Shown here: one piece after another, positions 1 through 13,599 of the stretch
Position numbering within the stretch: position 1 is the first letter of the stretch
How the letters are laid out: each line of letters begins with the position of its first letter
Assembly: GCA_030704615.1 (NCBI GenBank)
Contig: CM060733.1
Span: 40,548,001 to 40,612,000, forward strand
Source: Takakia lepidozioides
Taxonomy: Eukaryota; Plantae; Bryophyta
Direction of reading: 5' to 3'
DNA: 64,000 nucleotides
The notes under the pieces: model-generated
Databases searched by the model: none
What the model was told of the DNA's origin: nothing
What the model saw: only the letters and a program-made list of their open reading frames with translations
Position numbers and translations under genes: made by a program

Positions 1-3000
1 CTTGATAGATTTGAAGAGAGCGTCTCTTTGGTGAGAGAACCCCGGACAATGTATCAGAAAATGAATAATGTCTTCAGGTTGCCCACACAACGAGCAATTG
101 CACTCTCCATTTCCTCTCTGCTTCTGTTTGCTTATCAAAGGTAGGCTTCGTGCCTTGAGTTTAAATTTCAGTCTAGTGCCGAGAGTGGGTAGACCCTTGA
201 GGTCATCCAAGATATCCTCCCCCATGTCATAGACTGGAAACAAGTTCAGGGAAGTTTTTTGCCTAACTTCATTTTCATCAGACAATCTCATGGCAACAGA
301 CATGGTTGGACACTACAGCCTCTAAGTCAGATTTATCTTGCAAGGTGAAGACTTGCGGTCCCAGGTCCAGGTCCTTGAGAATCTCTTCTATTGTCTTCTG
401 CTAGGACTTAGCCTGTTTGATAGGGCGGTGGGCGGTCCTGTTTCCAAGATATAGAATCGATTAACTTATGATATCTGGTGTTGGACATATGTTGCAGCTG
501 ACACCATCTGACCTTAAACTCATCTTGTTGGGAGCTTAAAAGAGAGGGAAGATACTTTTTGTCATGTCAAGACAAAGATAGGACCCCTAGGGTCATTGTC
601 ATGAAGAAGAAGAATAATCAGACATATCAGCCACTTAATAGTGGCACCATCCATCAATCATCAAGCTAGAAAATCCAGAATTACATCCATGCACAGTAAT
701 GTGTTCATGTTAGTAATATTCATAACCCCAAAGAGTATTTCACCGATGTTGATTGACCATCAGTCATGATCAGGATACACCTTCATAGGTCTGGGTGGGA
801 TGACGGGTACTTGGCTAGATTTTGGCCTTGATGTGGTGCAGGTCAAATGGTCATACAGATTTACAATCCAGATTGACTGGTGTCTGCAAGCTGTAATCCA
901 AGCATACTTACTCAAATCCCATGGGTTTCATGGAGGGTTTAAGAAAAAAGAAAAACAAAAACAATTGGATATCACAGATTTAAATACCTTGCCCTGCCAG
1001 TATTTGCTTAAACTGATCTGCAGCACAGCTTGCCCCCCACAGGGGAGGGGGATATGTCTGGTAAGTTTTCCAGAATACCCCTATACTATTATTTCTTGCT
1101 ACAGTTGAAAATCAAAGTTCATGACACGACAAAGTAAAAATAAAGGACTGCATACACATCCTGTGACAGTATATGATACTGTCAGCACACCCTATTCACA
1201 TCATTCACGTTTGACCATGTCATTACACCATGTCTAGGGGGTATTTCCACTTAACCACCCTGGCTGCCTCAAAAACCAGTTACCAATTATATTGCTGCCA
1301 TATTTCAGTATCAGCCAAATAGCCACAGGCATAATCGTCACCATACCTTGGCCTAAGCATCTAGCTAACAAAGCCATCCGGGTTGGAACATAACAGGGGG
1401 TATTTTACCATCAGGGGTACCTGAGTAGCTGCAGCAAACAGTTCCTTGCAGCCTCTCCTTTTGTTTCCAACTACCATAAGGCAAGCAAAGCAAACTAGTG
1501 CCTGAAAAACAGATGTGTGTCTCACACAAGCCATCATAAACACGGTTGTCACAGCCAAGCAAAGGTCTTCCACTGGCTGGGCCAAAATAGCCCACCTTAA
1601 ACAACACTATACTTGTTCTTCATAGATAAAAGAAAGAGGTAGGATCAAGAAAAACCATAGAGTAGTTTAATTTTTCAATATTTTCAGATGAATCCATGGC
1701 CAGCAATCCCTTTCCCAGCTCTGCAACCCATTTGGCATCCAACAGCACCTAGACATCAGCATATTAAGTGGAAGCCCTCACCTATGCCCGTCCCAAAAAC
1801 AACCACAACACATTGTGAGTTAGTGAGGATGCACGCGGTGAGTACCAGGCTTCCACATTTGCTATCGAGGTCAAATACACTTGAATCTAAGCACAGAGAA
1901 TGCCAAAGAAAGCAGGGAAGCAAGATAAACAGAAAAAGAACCTTTTTTACTGTTTGGGGGATGGTCACCATCTCTCCACAAGCCCAACCATGCAGGGAGG
2001 TCTCCACCAACACCACAACACTGCTACCTTAACCAAAGCAAAGTCTTGCCAAGCACAAGAAAAAAGAGCTTTGTCTCATAAGGTAGGGTTTATAAAGGGA
2101 GGGAGGGAGAGACTTCCTTGTTCTACTAAGACGCCACCATTTATCAAAGACCCAGAAGAGGGCTCCTAGGGAAACTTCACAAGCTGGCAGGTGGTACCTC
2201 CGCCATCACTGCCTTTATTCCCTTGTGCAACAAAAAAACAGACAAATGAGACAGTGAATCTTCCCTCATCTCTAAGCCACCGCCATCACCTTAAAGAGCC
2301 CGCAGAGGCGGCGCTCACAAGAGCCTTAAACACTCCAGGGATTGGCAGCTCATGGTATCTGCAGCACGAGCACCATCGCCACCTCCAAGCCGCCATCGCG
2401 CGCACTCTCGCAGCGCAAAAAGAAAGACATTAGGGTTGCGCAGGGCTTTTACCCTGTCCGGCTCGTCATTCATCCTTCTTAGGATGAAAAACATCCGCCA
2501 GCCCATACGCCCGGTGGACGTTGTCCGTTCTCATTCGCGGAAGATGAAAAACATCGTGTGTTCATCCTGTCTTGAACTCGACGGATGCAGTCCGTTTTTC
2601 ATCTAGGTTAGATGAAAAACATCGGGGTTTATTTATTTATTTATACCTGTCTTGTCCCGTATTTAGGTCCTGCCAGATGAAGTCCTTTTTTCATCCAGGT
2701 TGGATTGAAAAATAATAATAATGACGGAAGTTTTGCAATCAGTATATTCCGGGTTGATGTCCGGATGAAGCAAAACCTCACAGGTATTAATGAAGAAATG
2801 TCTCATTAGGGAAAAATGGATGTATTCTGGATGAAAAACATATAAATTCCCTGCAACCCAATTTTTCAATTTTTTTCAAGGATGGAAGTTGGGACAACAA
2901 TTCCATAAACCCAGTTTCCAGAGGGAGAGAGAGAAGGGAAGAAAAAAAATAAATAAAAAATAAAAAAAAAATGGGGGAGGGAAGTGACTGAGCAGCTGCT

Positions 3001-5317
3001 TGGTCACTCCCCGCCCCCCCCACCCCCCCTTTTTTTTTTCTTTGTTGCCCCCTCTCTCCCTCTGTCCCCCTCTCTACTGGGAATTGGCAGTTTACTATCA
3101 GTGTTGACTTCTTGTTTTCTCATCCTCTATCAGGCTTTTTCATCCATATCGGATGAGCCACCAGGATGGACACTAAGTTACCTCTAGGATGGTTCTTTTG
3201 GCCTTTTCTTTCCTCCTTTATTGACTCTCATCCATACCGGATGAGTCACCATGGAAGAAAAGAATTACCTTTATGGAGGTTGCCAACAACATCCTGTTTT
3301 TCCATCCGTACCGGATGAAAAACTACCAGGATGATAATTTTTCATTCCTCTTTTATTGACTCTTTTTATCCATACCGGATGGTCTGGTGAGGAATGATAG
3401 AATTACCTAGATGGAGGTAAGGCGCTGCCACGGATGATATTCCCTACTTTTTCATCCGGACACAAGTGATCTGTCTATGGATGATGTGATCATGGCCTGG
3501 AATTGATCTTTACTACCCCTAATTATGATTAATTACGGTGGAAACCCTAACCCCTACCCCAAAAACTATTTTTAACCTTGCTGCGGATGAAATCCGTCAG
3601 GGTATACGGATGCGTCCTACTATTTTTCATCCACGGATGAATAATCGGGGGACAACCCTGTGTCGTCTCTCCCGCTGTCAGAAGCACGCGATGTGCTTCT
3701 GAGCTCGCGAGGAGAGTGTTATGGCGGACGTGCTTCGGTGGCTGCCCCGTTTGTGGTGTCGTACCCATGCTGGACGAGCGTCTGGGGGGGGGGCGCGAAG
3801 GCGGTGCCTTGTCTCTCTTGCAGCGGGAAACACCGCTATGAATGCAGTGGCATCTTCCCTCCTCTGGTTTTTTCTGTGCTTAGCAAGGATGCTTATGATG
3901 GGAAGTTCTCTCCCTCCTTTCTAGTGCCTTGTGATGGTGCCTGCTTTGCTTCATTGCTTATGTGCTTTGTGGAGGCGGCTTGCTGTGGGTGGTGATGGCG
4001 CATAACCCTCTTCCCCAATCGCTTAAGGTGCCTTTGGAGCTTAGGGATTCTCATGTTCTTATCTCTTTCTCTTGCTTTTGAGTTTCTTAGTTGACATCGA
4101 TGACAAGTGTGAGGGTCTGTGATTCACCTGGGGTTCCACAATCCTCACTAACCTGTTGGTTTTTGTGGGGGCTTGTGATGACGGGCCTGTTTCCTGAGGC
4201 TTGCATACAAACCATACCCTACATTCTGATCTTTGACAGCAAAGCCTGTGGATTATTAAGATAGGTTGTAAGTTATTTTGGCCAAAGAGGATCTGGTTTT
4301 TGGTGGTATGTTTTTGGCGGTTTTGGGTATCTATGGATCTGGTGGCCTTGAAGTTTAAGGCGGCAGCCTGGTAGGGTACTGCCCTGCTCCTTTTCAGGCC
4401 TACTTCTGATGTGTACTGGATCGTAGTAAGGTGTTCTTTGCATGTCATAGCATGGAACTCTTGAAGGATGAGGATGGTAAGCTGCAATGGGATCCTACCT
4501 ATTGTTTTGGATTTGTCATGACATCAGGCCTATGACCTGCAATCTAATTTTTATACAAAAGAGGTTGGATCTCGGCTGTTCATGTTGCTTGTTGGTACAA
4601 GTCTTGAACCTGCAATTTGACAGGCTGCATTCACATTCTCTTGATACCTTGTATGATCACATGTCTCGGGGTGAATACAAATGATATGGAATCTACTTCA
4701 TCTGGCTCAAGTTGGACTGTTTGGTGGCATACTGAGATTTTGACAAACTGCAGGCTGGTCCTTATGCCTTGGCTGATGCATGACCTGCCATAATTAATGG
4801 CTGAAATGGTAAGCTGTTGGTATATGTATAGGCTGAACCAAGAGGCCTTGCAGCCTGCACAGGGACAACAATATCTTATCTTGTCCCACACAAGAACAAA
4901 CCCCGCCCTCCCACCCTGTTTTGTCTTGGATGATTGGGTGGTGTCTTTTGGGATGACTTGACAAGACTGGAAATGTGAGATAGTGCCCTATCCAGGGCTG
5001 TTTATGTCTTTAATTGACAATGACCCTTATGGGTCCTGTCCATGTCTTGACATGACGTGAATATCTTCCCTCCCTCCTTGGAATTGGCGGTTTTATCAGT
5101 GTTAATTTCCTGTTTTTTCATCCATACCGGATGGACTCTGGCAGTGTTTTCACCCGTCCTATAACGATTTTTTATCCATACCGGATGAACTACCAGGGTG
5201 GACACCGAATTACCTCTAAGATGAGTCTCTGATTTTTCATTCCTCTTTTATTGACTTTCATCCATACCGGATGAGTCACCAGAGAATGAGGAATTACCTC
5301 TGTGGGGGTTGCCACTA

Positions 5318-7763
5318 GCATCCTATTTTCCATCCATACCGGATGAAAAATGCCAGGATATTAATTTGATCATTCCTCTTTTATTGCCTTTTTCATCCGT
5401 ACCGGATGAGGCATTTTCGGGATGTTGAATTACCTGTAAGGATGTAAAACCGATGCCTTGGATGATATTTCCTATTTTTTCATCCTACTGATGGACTTTT
5501 TCCAACGGATGAACTCAATGATTTTTTTCATCTAAACCAGATGAAATGTACAGCTTTTGATGGCCCTGGACTGATATTAATTACCCCTAATTATGGTGAG
5601 TTAAGGTGTGAAACCCTAACCCCTACCCTAAAACCTATCGTTTAACCTAGCTACGGATGAAATCCATCAGGTTTTAATGGATGTGATGTTGATTGATAAA
5701 TCGGGCAAGTGCCCTAGGACGTCTCTCCCGCCGTCAGAAGCACGAGCAGTGCTTCTGAGCTCGCGGGGAGAGCGTTATGGCGTTTGCGTTTGCTGCTCCC
5801 CTGTTTGCTGCATCGTACCCGTGCGGGGCAATCTCCTGGGGATGCGCAATGGCGGCGCTTTGTTTTTCTTACAGGCGGGAGACAATGCTGTGAATACATC
5901 GTCTCTTTCCCTCCTCTGGCTTTTAATTTTTGCAGCGGCGCTTGTGTTGGGAAGTATCTCTCTCCTCTTCTTAAACCCAGCAAGTGTGCTTGTATGCTTC
6001 ACTTCTCCTTTGCTTTGCTGGAGGTGGCTTGCTGGTGGTGATGGCGCACAGTTCTCTTCCCCAATCGCTCAAGGTGCTTTTGGTGATTAGGGTTCAATTT
6101 TTTTTGTTTTATGTCTTTCTCTCTTGCTTTTGAGGTTCTTAGTTGACATCGATGACAAGTGTAGGGGTCTGTGATTCAACTGGGGTTCCACAATCCTCAC
6201 TAACCTGTTGGTTTTTGTGGGGGCTTGTGATGGGACCAGGTGAGGATCCCTACTTGCTTTGAATTCTCTTGAGCTTGCAGATAAGGATGTGGGCAAAGGG
6301 AACCTATTGTGTATGACGACTTTACTTGGCTGCTGCCTGCAGCCCCGATTTCGGCCCGCTTGCTCCTGGTTTGGCATGCTGATGCTTACTTTTGACTTAT
6401 GTTTTGCTGCCTTTGATGGAGCACTTCGGCCTGACAGGCTTGTCTCTTGAAGCCCAACATCTGGCCCTTACCTTGTCTTGAATCTTTGATAGTAGTGCCT
6501 GTGGATTATTAAGCTAGGTACTGTTTTTGCCTTGAAAGAGGAGTTGTGTTTTATGGGTAAGGCCTCAATGGCTGTTAGGTTCTAAGGAAGAGGAGGCCCT
6601 GTTTTTTAAGATGGCAGCCTGATAAGGCAATGACATGCCTCTTTCAGGCCTGAATCTTGTGTGGAATGGAGCATAGTGAGGCTTATTTGCAAACCCTGGC
6701 ATAAGCCTTCTGTAAAATAGTGTTGGTAAGCTTTACTGAACCTTTGCCAGAGATTATTAGCCTTCTCTTGCCATTAGACCAGTCACCTGCAATGTTTGAT
6801 TTATTTTTTGGCCAAGTGGGCTTGGTCTCGGGCACTCAAGATGTTTGTGTGTCCATATCTTGAATCTGTAATATGGCAGGCCGTTCTTCCATGCCCAAGA
6901 TGCCTTGCATGATGCATGTCTTGGGGCAATTATGAATGGTATAGAATGAGGCTGCAATCGGTCTTGTCATACCCAAGAGGTTTACTTGGTTGCATGTTTG
7001 GAATCTGAAAAACTGCAGGCTGGTCCATCAAGATGCTTGTGTATACAGGTCTTGAATCTGTAGTATGGCAGGCTGTTCTTACTTACCCAAGGGGCCTTGC
7101 ATGATGCATGTCTTGGGGTTATTACAAATGGTAAAGAATGAGGCTGCAATATGCTTTGTCATGCCCAAGAGGGTTACTTGGTTGCATGCTTGGAATTTGA
7201 TAAACTACAGGTTGGTCCATCAAGATGCTTGTGTATACATATCTTGAATCTGTAATATGGCAGGCTGTTCTTACTTGCCCAAGATACCTTGCATGATGCA
7301 TGTCTTGGGGTAATACTGATAAGGTAACTGCAAATTATTTTGTCATACCCAAGATGTTTGCTAGAAGGGCATGTCTTGAATCTGTAATATTGCAGGCTGG
7401 TTTCACATACCCAAGATGTTTTGCTCTATGCATGTCTTGTTGTAATTGTGATGCCAAGAAAGGGTATGACAGGCTGCAACAATCTGATTTTTCAATACAC
7501 AAGATGCTTGCTTATATGCTTGTCTTGTTGTCATGACATGTACATAAACAAACCCCTCCCTCCCACCCTGTTTTATCATGAATGATTGGGTGAAATCAAT
7601 TGGGAAGTCATGACAAGAATGGAAGTGTTAGATGGTGCCATGTTTATGGGCTGTTTATGTCTTTAATTGACAATAACCCTAGTGGGTCTTGTCCATGTCT
7701 TGACATAACATGAGTATCTTCCCTCTCTCTTTTTAACTTTTTCTACCCCCTCTCTCCCTCTGC

Positions 7764-7796
<33 letters not shown>

Positions 7797-10282
7797 TAAG
7801 CAGCACAAAAGAGAGGAGAGAGAAGATACTCATGTCATGTCAAGACATGGACAAGACCCACTAGGGTCATTGTCAATTAAATACATAAACAGCCCATAAA
7901 CATGGCACCATCTAACACTTCCATTCTTGTCATGACTTCCCAATTGATTTCACCTAATCATTCATGATAAAACAAGGTGGGAGGGCGGGGTTTGTTTATG
8001 ACAACAAGACAAGCATATAAGCAAGCATCTTGTGTACTGAAAAATCATATTGCTGCAGCATGTTCAAATTCTTGTAAGTAACCCAAGACATGCACCATGC
8101 AAGGCTCCTTGGGTAGGTAAGAATAGTCTGCCCTGCTACAGATTCAAGGTATGTTCATACAAGCACCTTGAAGGACCAGCCTGCAATTTACCAGATTTCA
8201 AACATGCAACCAAGTAATCTTCTTGGGCATGACAAAACATATTGCAGCTTCACTCTTTGCCATTTGTAAGTACCCCAAGACATGCATCATGCAAGGCTCC
8301 TTGGGTAGGTAAGAATAGCCTGTTCTACTACAGATTCAGGATATGTTCATACAAGTACCTTGAAGGACCGGCCTGCAATTAATCATATTTCAAGCATGCA
8401 ACCAAGTAAACTTCTTGGGCAAGACAAACCATATTGCAACTTCACACTTGGCCAATTGTAAGTACCCCAAGACATGCATCGTGCAAGGCCTCTTGGGTAG
8501 GTAAGAACAGCCTGCCATTGTACAGATTCAAGACCTGAGTACACAAGCATCTTGATGGACCAGCCTGCAGTTTATCATACTCCAAACATGCAACCAAGTG
8601 ACCCACTTGGGCATGACAAGATAAACTGCAACTTCATTCTACACCATGTACAGTTGCCCCAAGATATGCATCATGTAAGGCATTTTGGCATGGAAGAAAG
8701 GCCTGCCATGTTACAGCTTCAAGATATGGACACACATACACTTTGAGTGCCCGAGACCAAGCCCACTTGGCCAAAAAATAAATCAAACATTGCAGGTGAC
8801 TGGTCTGTTGGCAAGAGAAGGCTAATAATCTCTGGCAAAGGTCCAGTAAAGCTTATCAACACTATTTTACAGGAGGCTTATGCCAGGGTTTGCAAATAAA
8901 CCTCACTATGCTCCATTCCACATAAGATTCAGGCCTGAAAGAGGTATGTCATTGCCTTATCAGGCTGCCATCTTAAAAAACAGGGCCTCCTCTTCCTTAG
9001 AACCTAACAACCATTGAGGCCTTACCCATAAAACACAACTCATCTTTCAAGGCAAAAACAGTACCTAGCTTAATAATCCACAGGCACTACGGTCAAATAT
9101 TCAAGACAAGGTAAGGGCCAGATGCTGGGCTTCAAGAGACAAGCCTGTCAGGCCGAAGTGCTCCATCAAAGGCAACAAAACATAAGTCAAAAGTAAGCAT
9201 CAGCATGCCAAACCAGGAGCAAGCGGGCCGAAATCGGGGCTGCAGGCAGTAGCCAAGTAAAGACGCCATACACAATAGGTTCCCTTTGCCCACATCCTTA
9301 TCTGCAAGCTCAAGAGAATTCAAAGCAAGTAGGGATCCTCACCTGGTCCCATCACAAGCCCCCACAAAAACCAACAGGTTAGTGAGGATTGTGGAACCCC
9401 AGATGAGTCACAGACCCCTACACTTGTCATCGATGTCAACTAAGAACCTCAAAAGCAAGAGAGAAAGACATAAAGCAAAAAGAACCCTAATCACCAAAAG
9501 CACCTTGAGCGATTGGGGAAGAGAACTGTGCGCCATCACCACCAGCAAGCCACCTCCAGCAAAACAAAGGAGAAATGAAGCATACAAGCACACTTGCTAG
9601 GTTTAAGAAGGGAGAGAGAGATACTTCCCCACACAAGCGCCGCTGCAAGAACTAAAAGCCAGAGGAGGGCAAGAGACGATGCATTCACAGCATTGTCTCC
9701 CACCTGTGAGAAGAGACAAAACGCCGCCTTTGCGCATCCCCAGGATCTCATCCAGCATGGGCACGAAGCAGCAGACAAGGTAGCAGCAAAACGCAGACGC
9801 CATAATTCTTATTCCGCGAGCTCAGAAGCACGAGGAGTGCTGCTGACGGCGGGAGAGACACCCTAGGGCCATGCCCGATTTTTCATCCGTGCAGGATGAG
9901 TAATCAACACCATTTTTTTTTAAACTCGACGGATGTCATCTGTTAGCTAGGTTTAAAAAGTAGGTTATAGGGTAGGGGTTAGGGTTTCACTCCTTACATA
10001 GCCATAATTAAGGGTAATTAATCAACAGTCGAGGGCCATCATAGGCTGCATATTTCATCCGGTTCAGATGAAAAAGTCAATAAATTCATCCAGTTGGAGA
10101 AGGTTCGTCAATAGGATGGAAAAACAGTACATAACATCGGTTTCACATCCTAACAGGTAATTCAACATCCCCAAAAAAAATGGCTCATCCAGTACGGAAA
10201 AAAACCATAAAAGAGGAATAAACGAATTAATATCCTGGTATTTTTCATCCCGTATGGATGGAAAAATTTATATATAGGATGC
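5318..10282. repeat. Large inverted repeat (arms ~5318-7730 and ~7811-10282) with an ~80 bp poly-T-containing spacer
   Basis: 7811 onward is the reverse complement of the sequence ending at 7730. For example, 6130-6900 closely matches the reverse complement of 8700-9470, and near-identical ORF translations occur at 6259-6450(+) and 9132-9323(-). Confidence 0.92.
6850..7500 (+). repeat. ~190 bp tandem sub-repeats within the array unit (mirrored at ~8050-8750)
   Basis: TCTTGAATCTGTARTATGGCAGGC recurs at ~6859, ~7050 and ~7242. Confidence 0.8.
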
Positions 10283-12810
10283 CATGAGAGGGAGAGATCA
10301 GGAAACTTAAAAAAAAAAAATGTGGGGGGGGGGGGGGAGTGACTGAGCAGCTCCTCAGTCACTCCCCCCCATTTTATTTATTTATTTTTATTTTTCCTTT
10401 GATGTCCCTCTCTTCTCTGTCTCCCTCTCTCCTAGGAACTGGCATGTTGTTATCAGTATTGATTTCTTGTTCTTTCACCCATACTGGATGAAGTTTGATA
10501 GAGTTTCATCCATCCACTATCGGTTTTTCATCCATACCGGATGAGCCACCAGGATGGACACTGAATTACCGTTAGGATGATTTCTGGTTTTTTCATTCAT
10601 CTTTTATTGACTCTCATCCATACCGGATGAGTCACCAAGGAATGAAAAATTACCTCTATGAGGGTTGCCAACAACATCCTGTTTTTCATCCATACCGGAT
10701 GAAAAACTACCAGGATAATAATTTTTCATTCCTCTTTCATTGACTCTTTTTCATCCATACCGGGTGGTCTGGTGAGGAATGATGAATTACCTAGGTGGAG
10801 GTAAACCGCTGCCACGGATGATATACCCTAATTTTCATCCTGACAAGTGATCTGTTTATGGATGACGAGTACAGATGATTATGGCCTGGAATTGATCTTA
10901 ACTACCCCTAATTATGATTAATTACGGGGTGAAACCCTAACCCCTACCCTAAAACCTATTTTTAACTCTGCTATGGATGAAATCCGTCAGGTTAGAAGGA
11001 TGTTTTTTTACTGTTTTTCATCCTTCACGGATGAAAAATCGGGCCAGAAAAACCCTACGTTGTCTCTCCCGCTGTCAGAAGCACGAGATGTGCTTCTGAG
11101 CTCGCGGGGAGAGTGTTACGGCGGGCATGCTTTGGTGGCCGCCCCGTTTGTGGTGTCGTACCCGTGCTGGGCGAGCGCTTGGGATGCGTAAAGGCGGCGC
11201 CTTGTCTCTCTAGCAGCGGAAAACACTGTTGTGAATGCAGTGACATCTTCCCTCCTCTGGCTTTTAATTTTAGAAGTGGCATTTATGCTCGGAAGTCTCT
11301 CTCCCTCCCTTCTATTGCCTTGCAAGTTTGCCTGCTTTGCTTCATTGCTCATGTGCTTTGTGGAGGTGACTTGCCGCGGGTGGTGATGGTGCATAACCCT
11401 CTTCCCCAATCGCTTAAGGTGCCTTTGGAGTTTAGGGATCCTTGTGTTCTTATCTTCTTCACTTGCTTTTGAGATTCTTAGTTGACATCGATGACAAGTG
11501 CATGAGGGTCTGTGATTCACCTGGGGTTCCACAATCCTCACTAATCCGTTGATTTTGTGGGGGCTTGTGATGGGACCAGGTGAGGATCCTCACTTACTTT
11601 GAAATTTCTTGAGCATGCAGTTGGGGATATGGGCTGAGAAGACCTGTAAGTTATCGCGCCTTGAAGTGGCTGCTGCCTGTAGCCCCGAATTCAACCCGAT
11701 TGCTCCTGGTTTGGCATGCTACAACCTATATTTTGGCTTTTGTTTAGCCGTCGATGGGGCAGCTCGACCTGTCTGGCCTGTCTCCTGAGACCTACATACA
11801 GACCATACCCTATCTTTTGATCCTTGACAGCAGGGCATGTGGATTAATGAGCTAGGTTGTAATTTCTTTGGGCCATAGAGGATCTGGTTTTATGGGGGAC
11901 TTCCTCGGCGGGTTTGGGACTCTATGGACGTGGTGGTCTTGAATGTTATGGCGGCAGCCTGATAAGGCACCGACCTGCTCCTTTTTGGGCATGTTTCTGA
12001 TGTGTAATGGATCATAGTGAGGTGTTCTTTGCAAGCTTTAGCATGGACCTCTTGAAGGATGAGGATGGTAAGCTGTAATGGAGTCCTACCTATAGTTTTG
12101 GCCTTGTCATGACATCAAGCCTATGACCTGCAATCTGAGTTTTTTATGTGCCAAAGAGGCTGGATCTCGGCTGTTCAAGTTGCTTGTGTGTACAAGTCTT
12201 GAAGTTGCAATTTGATAGGTTGAATTCACATTCCCTTGACACCTTGTATGATTACATGTCTCGGGGTGAATACAAATGGTATGGAATCTATTTCATCATG
12301 CCCAAGTAGGATTGCTTGGAGGCATGTTTTGATTCTGAAAAATTGCAGGCTGGTCCTTATGCCTTGGCTGATGCATGACCTGCTGTAATTAAAGGCTGAT
12401 AAGATAAGATGCTGCAACCTGTATGTCATGCCCAAGGTGTATGTTTGAAAACGTGTCTTGAAATGGTAATAGGGCAGGCTGGACCATGGTACCTTTCCCT
12501 TTGCATGACCTCAGCACTTTGTGCTCTTTCAATACATGACCTACAGGTAAGGCATGTGGGCAGGCTGAACCAAGATGCTTTGAAACTTGCATGTAGGCAA
12601 CAATATCTTATCTTATCCCACACAAGAACGAACCCCGCCCTCCCACCCTGTTTTATCATGAATGATTGGGTGATGTCAATTGGGAAGCTATGACAAGAAT
12701 GTAAATGTTAGATGGTGCCCTGTTTTGGGCTGTTTATGTCAATAATTGACAATGACCTAAGTAGGGTCTTGTCCATGTCTTGACATTACATGAATATCTT
12801 CCCACTCTCT

Positions 12811-12950
12811 ATAGAGCCCACCCCCGAAAGGGGGCAGTAGCCGCAAGGCGAAGTGACTCTTAGTTACGCCGACTTCGGCCGGAGTCTTCTCTCTCTCTCT
12901 CTCTCCCCACTCTCTCCATCTCTTTTGTCTCTCTCCCTCTCCCTCTCTCT
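12811..12950 (-). mobile_element. Very short (5'-truncated) copy of the 3' end of the Dualen-like LINE family, with (CT)n tract
   Basis: 12811-12890 closely matches 56061-56140, and both are followed by (CT)n. The segment is absent from the homologous position of the array unit ending at 7730, so it is an insertion. Confidence 0.7.
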
Positions 12951-13599
12951 TTTTAATTTTTTCTGCACCCTCTCTCCCTTGTGGTTTGTTTATTTTTGTG
13001 AGTAGCAAAAAAAAAAGGAGAGAGAGAGAGAGGGAGTGAGAGGGAGAGAGAGGGAGAGAGAGAGGGAGTGAGAGAGAGAGATCAGGAAACAAAAAATTAA
13101 ATAAATAAATGTGGGGGGGTAGGGGGGAGGTCACCCCCCCCCCCCCCACCTTTTTCTTTTCTCTTTGGTGCCCCCTCTCGAGACCCCCAGCACTTGCTGC
13201 TCTCAGCCCCCGACATGCTTGGTTTTTTTTTGTTTTTGATCTGGAATGTAGAGGTTGTTTCCTAATGAGGCCAACTTGTGGGTTTGCATGACAGGTGCCA
13301 ACTTATGGGGAAAGAGAAGAAGTCCCCTGCCCCAAAGAAAGGGGCAGACAATCCGTTTGCTCTGCCGTGAGGGCTTCTACCCTGCTACGCATTTTTATTT
13401 TTTTTTTGGGGGGGGGGGGGGGGAGGAGGTATGGGCCGGTTTGGAGCGGCCTAGCCAATCAGCGACGTCGCCCCTTGAGCTTGCAAAGTACAACTGTCAC
13501 ACCTTGTTCCATGTTTTGTCCCTTCCATTGCATGCATGATTTTCTTTGTTGTTTGTTTCTTTTTTTGAATTTGGGGGGGTTATTTATCTTCAGGAGGCA

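Larger units (their letters stand above)
541..12810. repeat. Array of five ~2.0-2.6 kb homologous units in mixed orientation (-,+,+,-,+): ~541-2940, ~3030-5075, ~5075-7730, ~7811-10300, ~10400-12810
   Basis: Landmarks recur in the units or their reverse complements: (AT)CCATACCGGATGA sub-repeats, AAACCCTAACCCCTACCC, TCTCTCCCGCYGTCAGAAGCAC, TTGACATCGATGACAAGTG, and the end GTCCATGTCTTGACAT..ATCTTCCC. The first unit is much more diverged. Boundaries are approximate. Confidence 0.85.

Noticed and set aside
12811-12890. Hammerhead or HDV ribozyme call for the structured motif
   Set aside because: No CUGANGA/GAAA core or nested double pseudoknot could be identified, so it is left as an unassigned structure.
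800-13300. Numerous 60-140 aa ORFs in the palindromic array
   Set aside because: They have no recognisable domains, and their frames are not conserved across all units. They recur only because the DNA is repeated.
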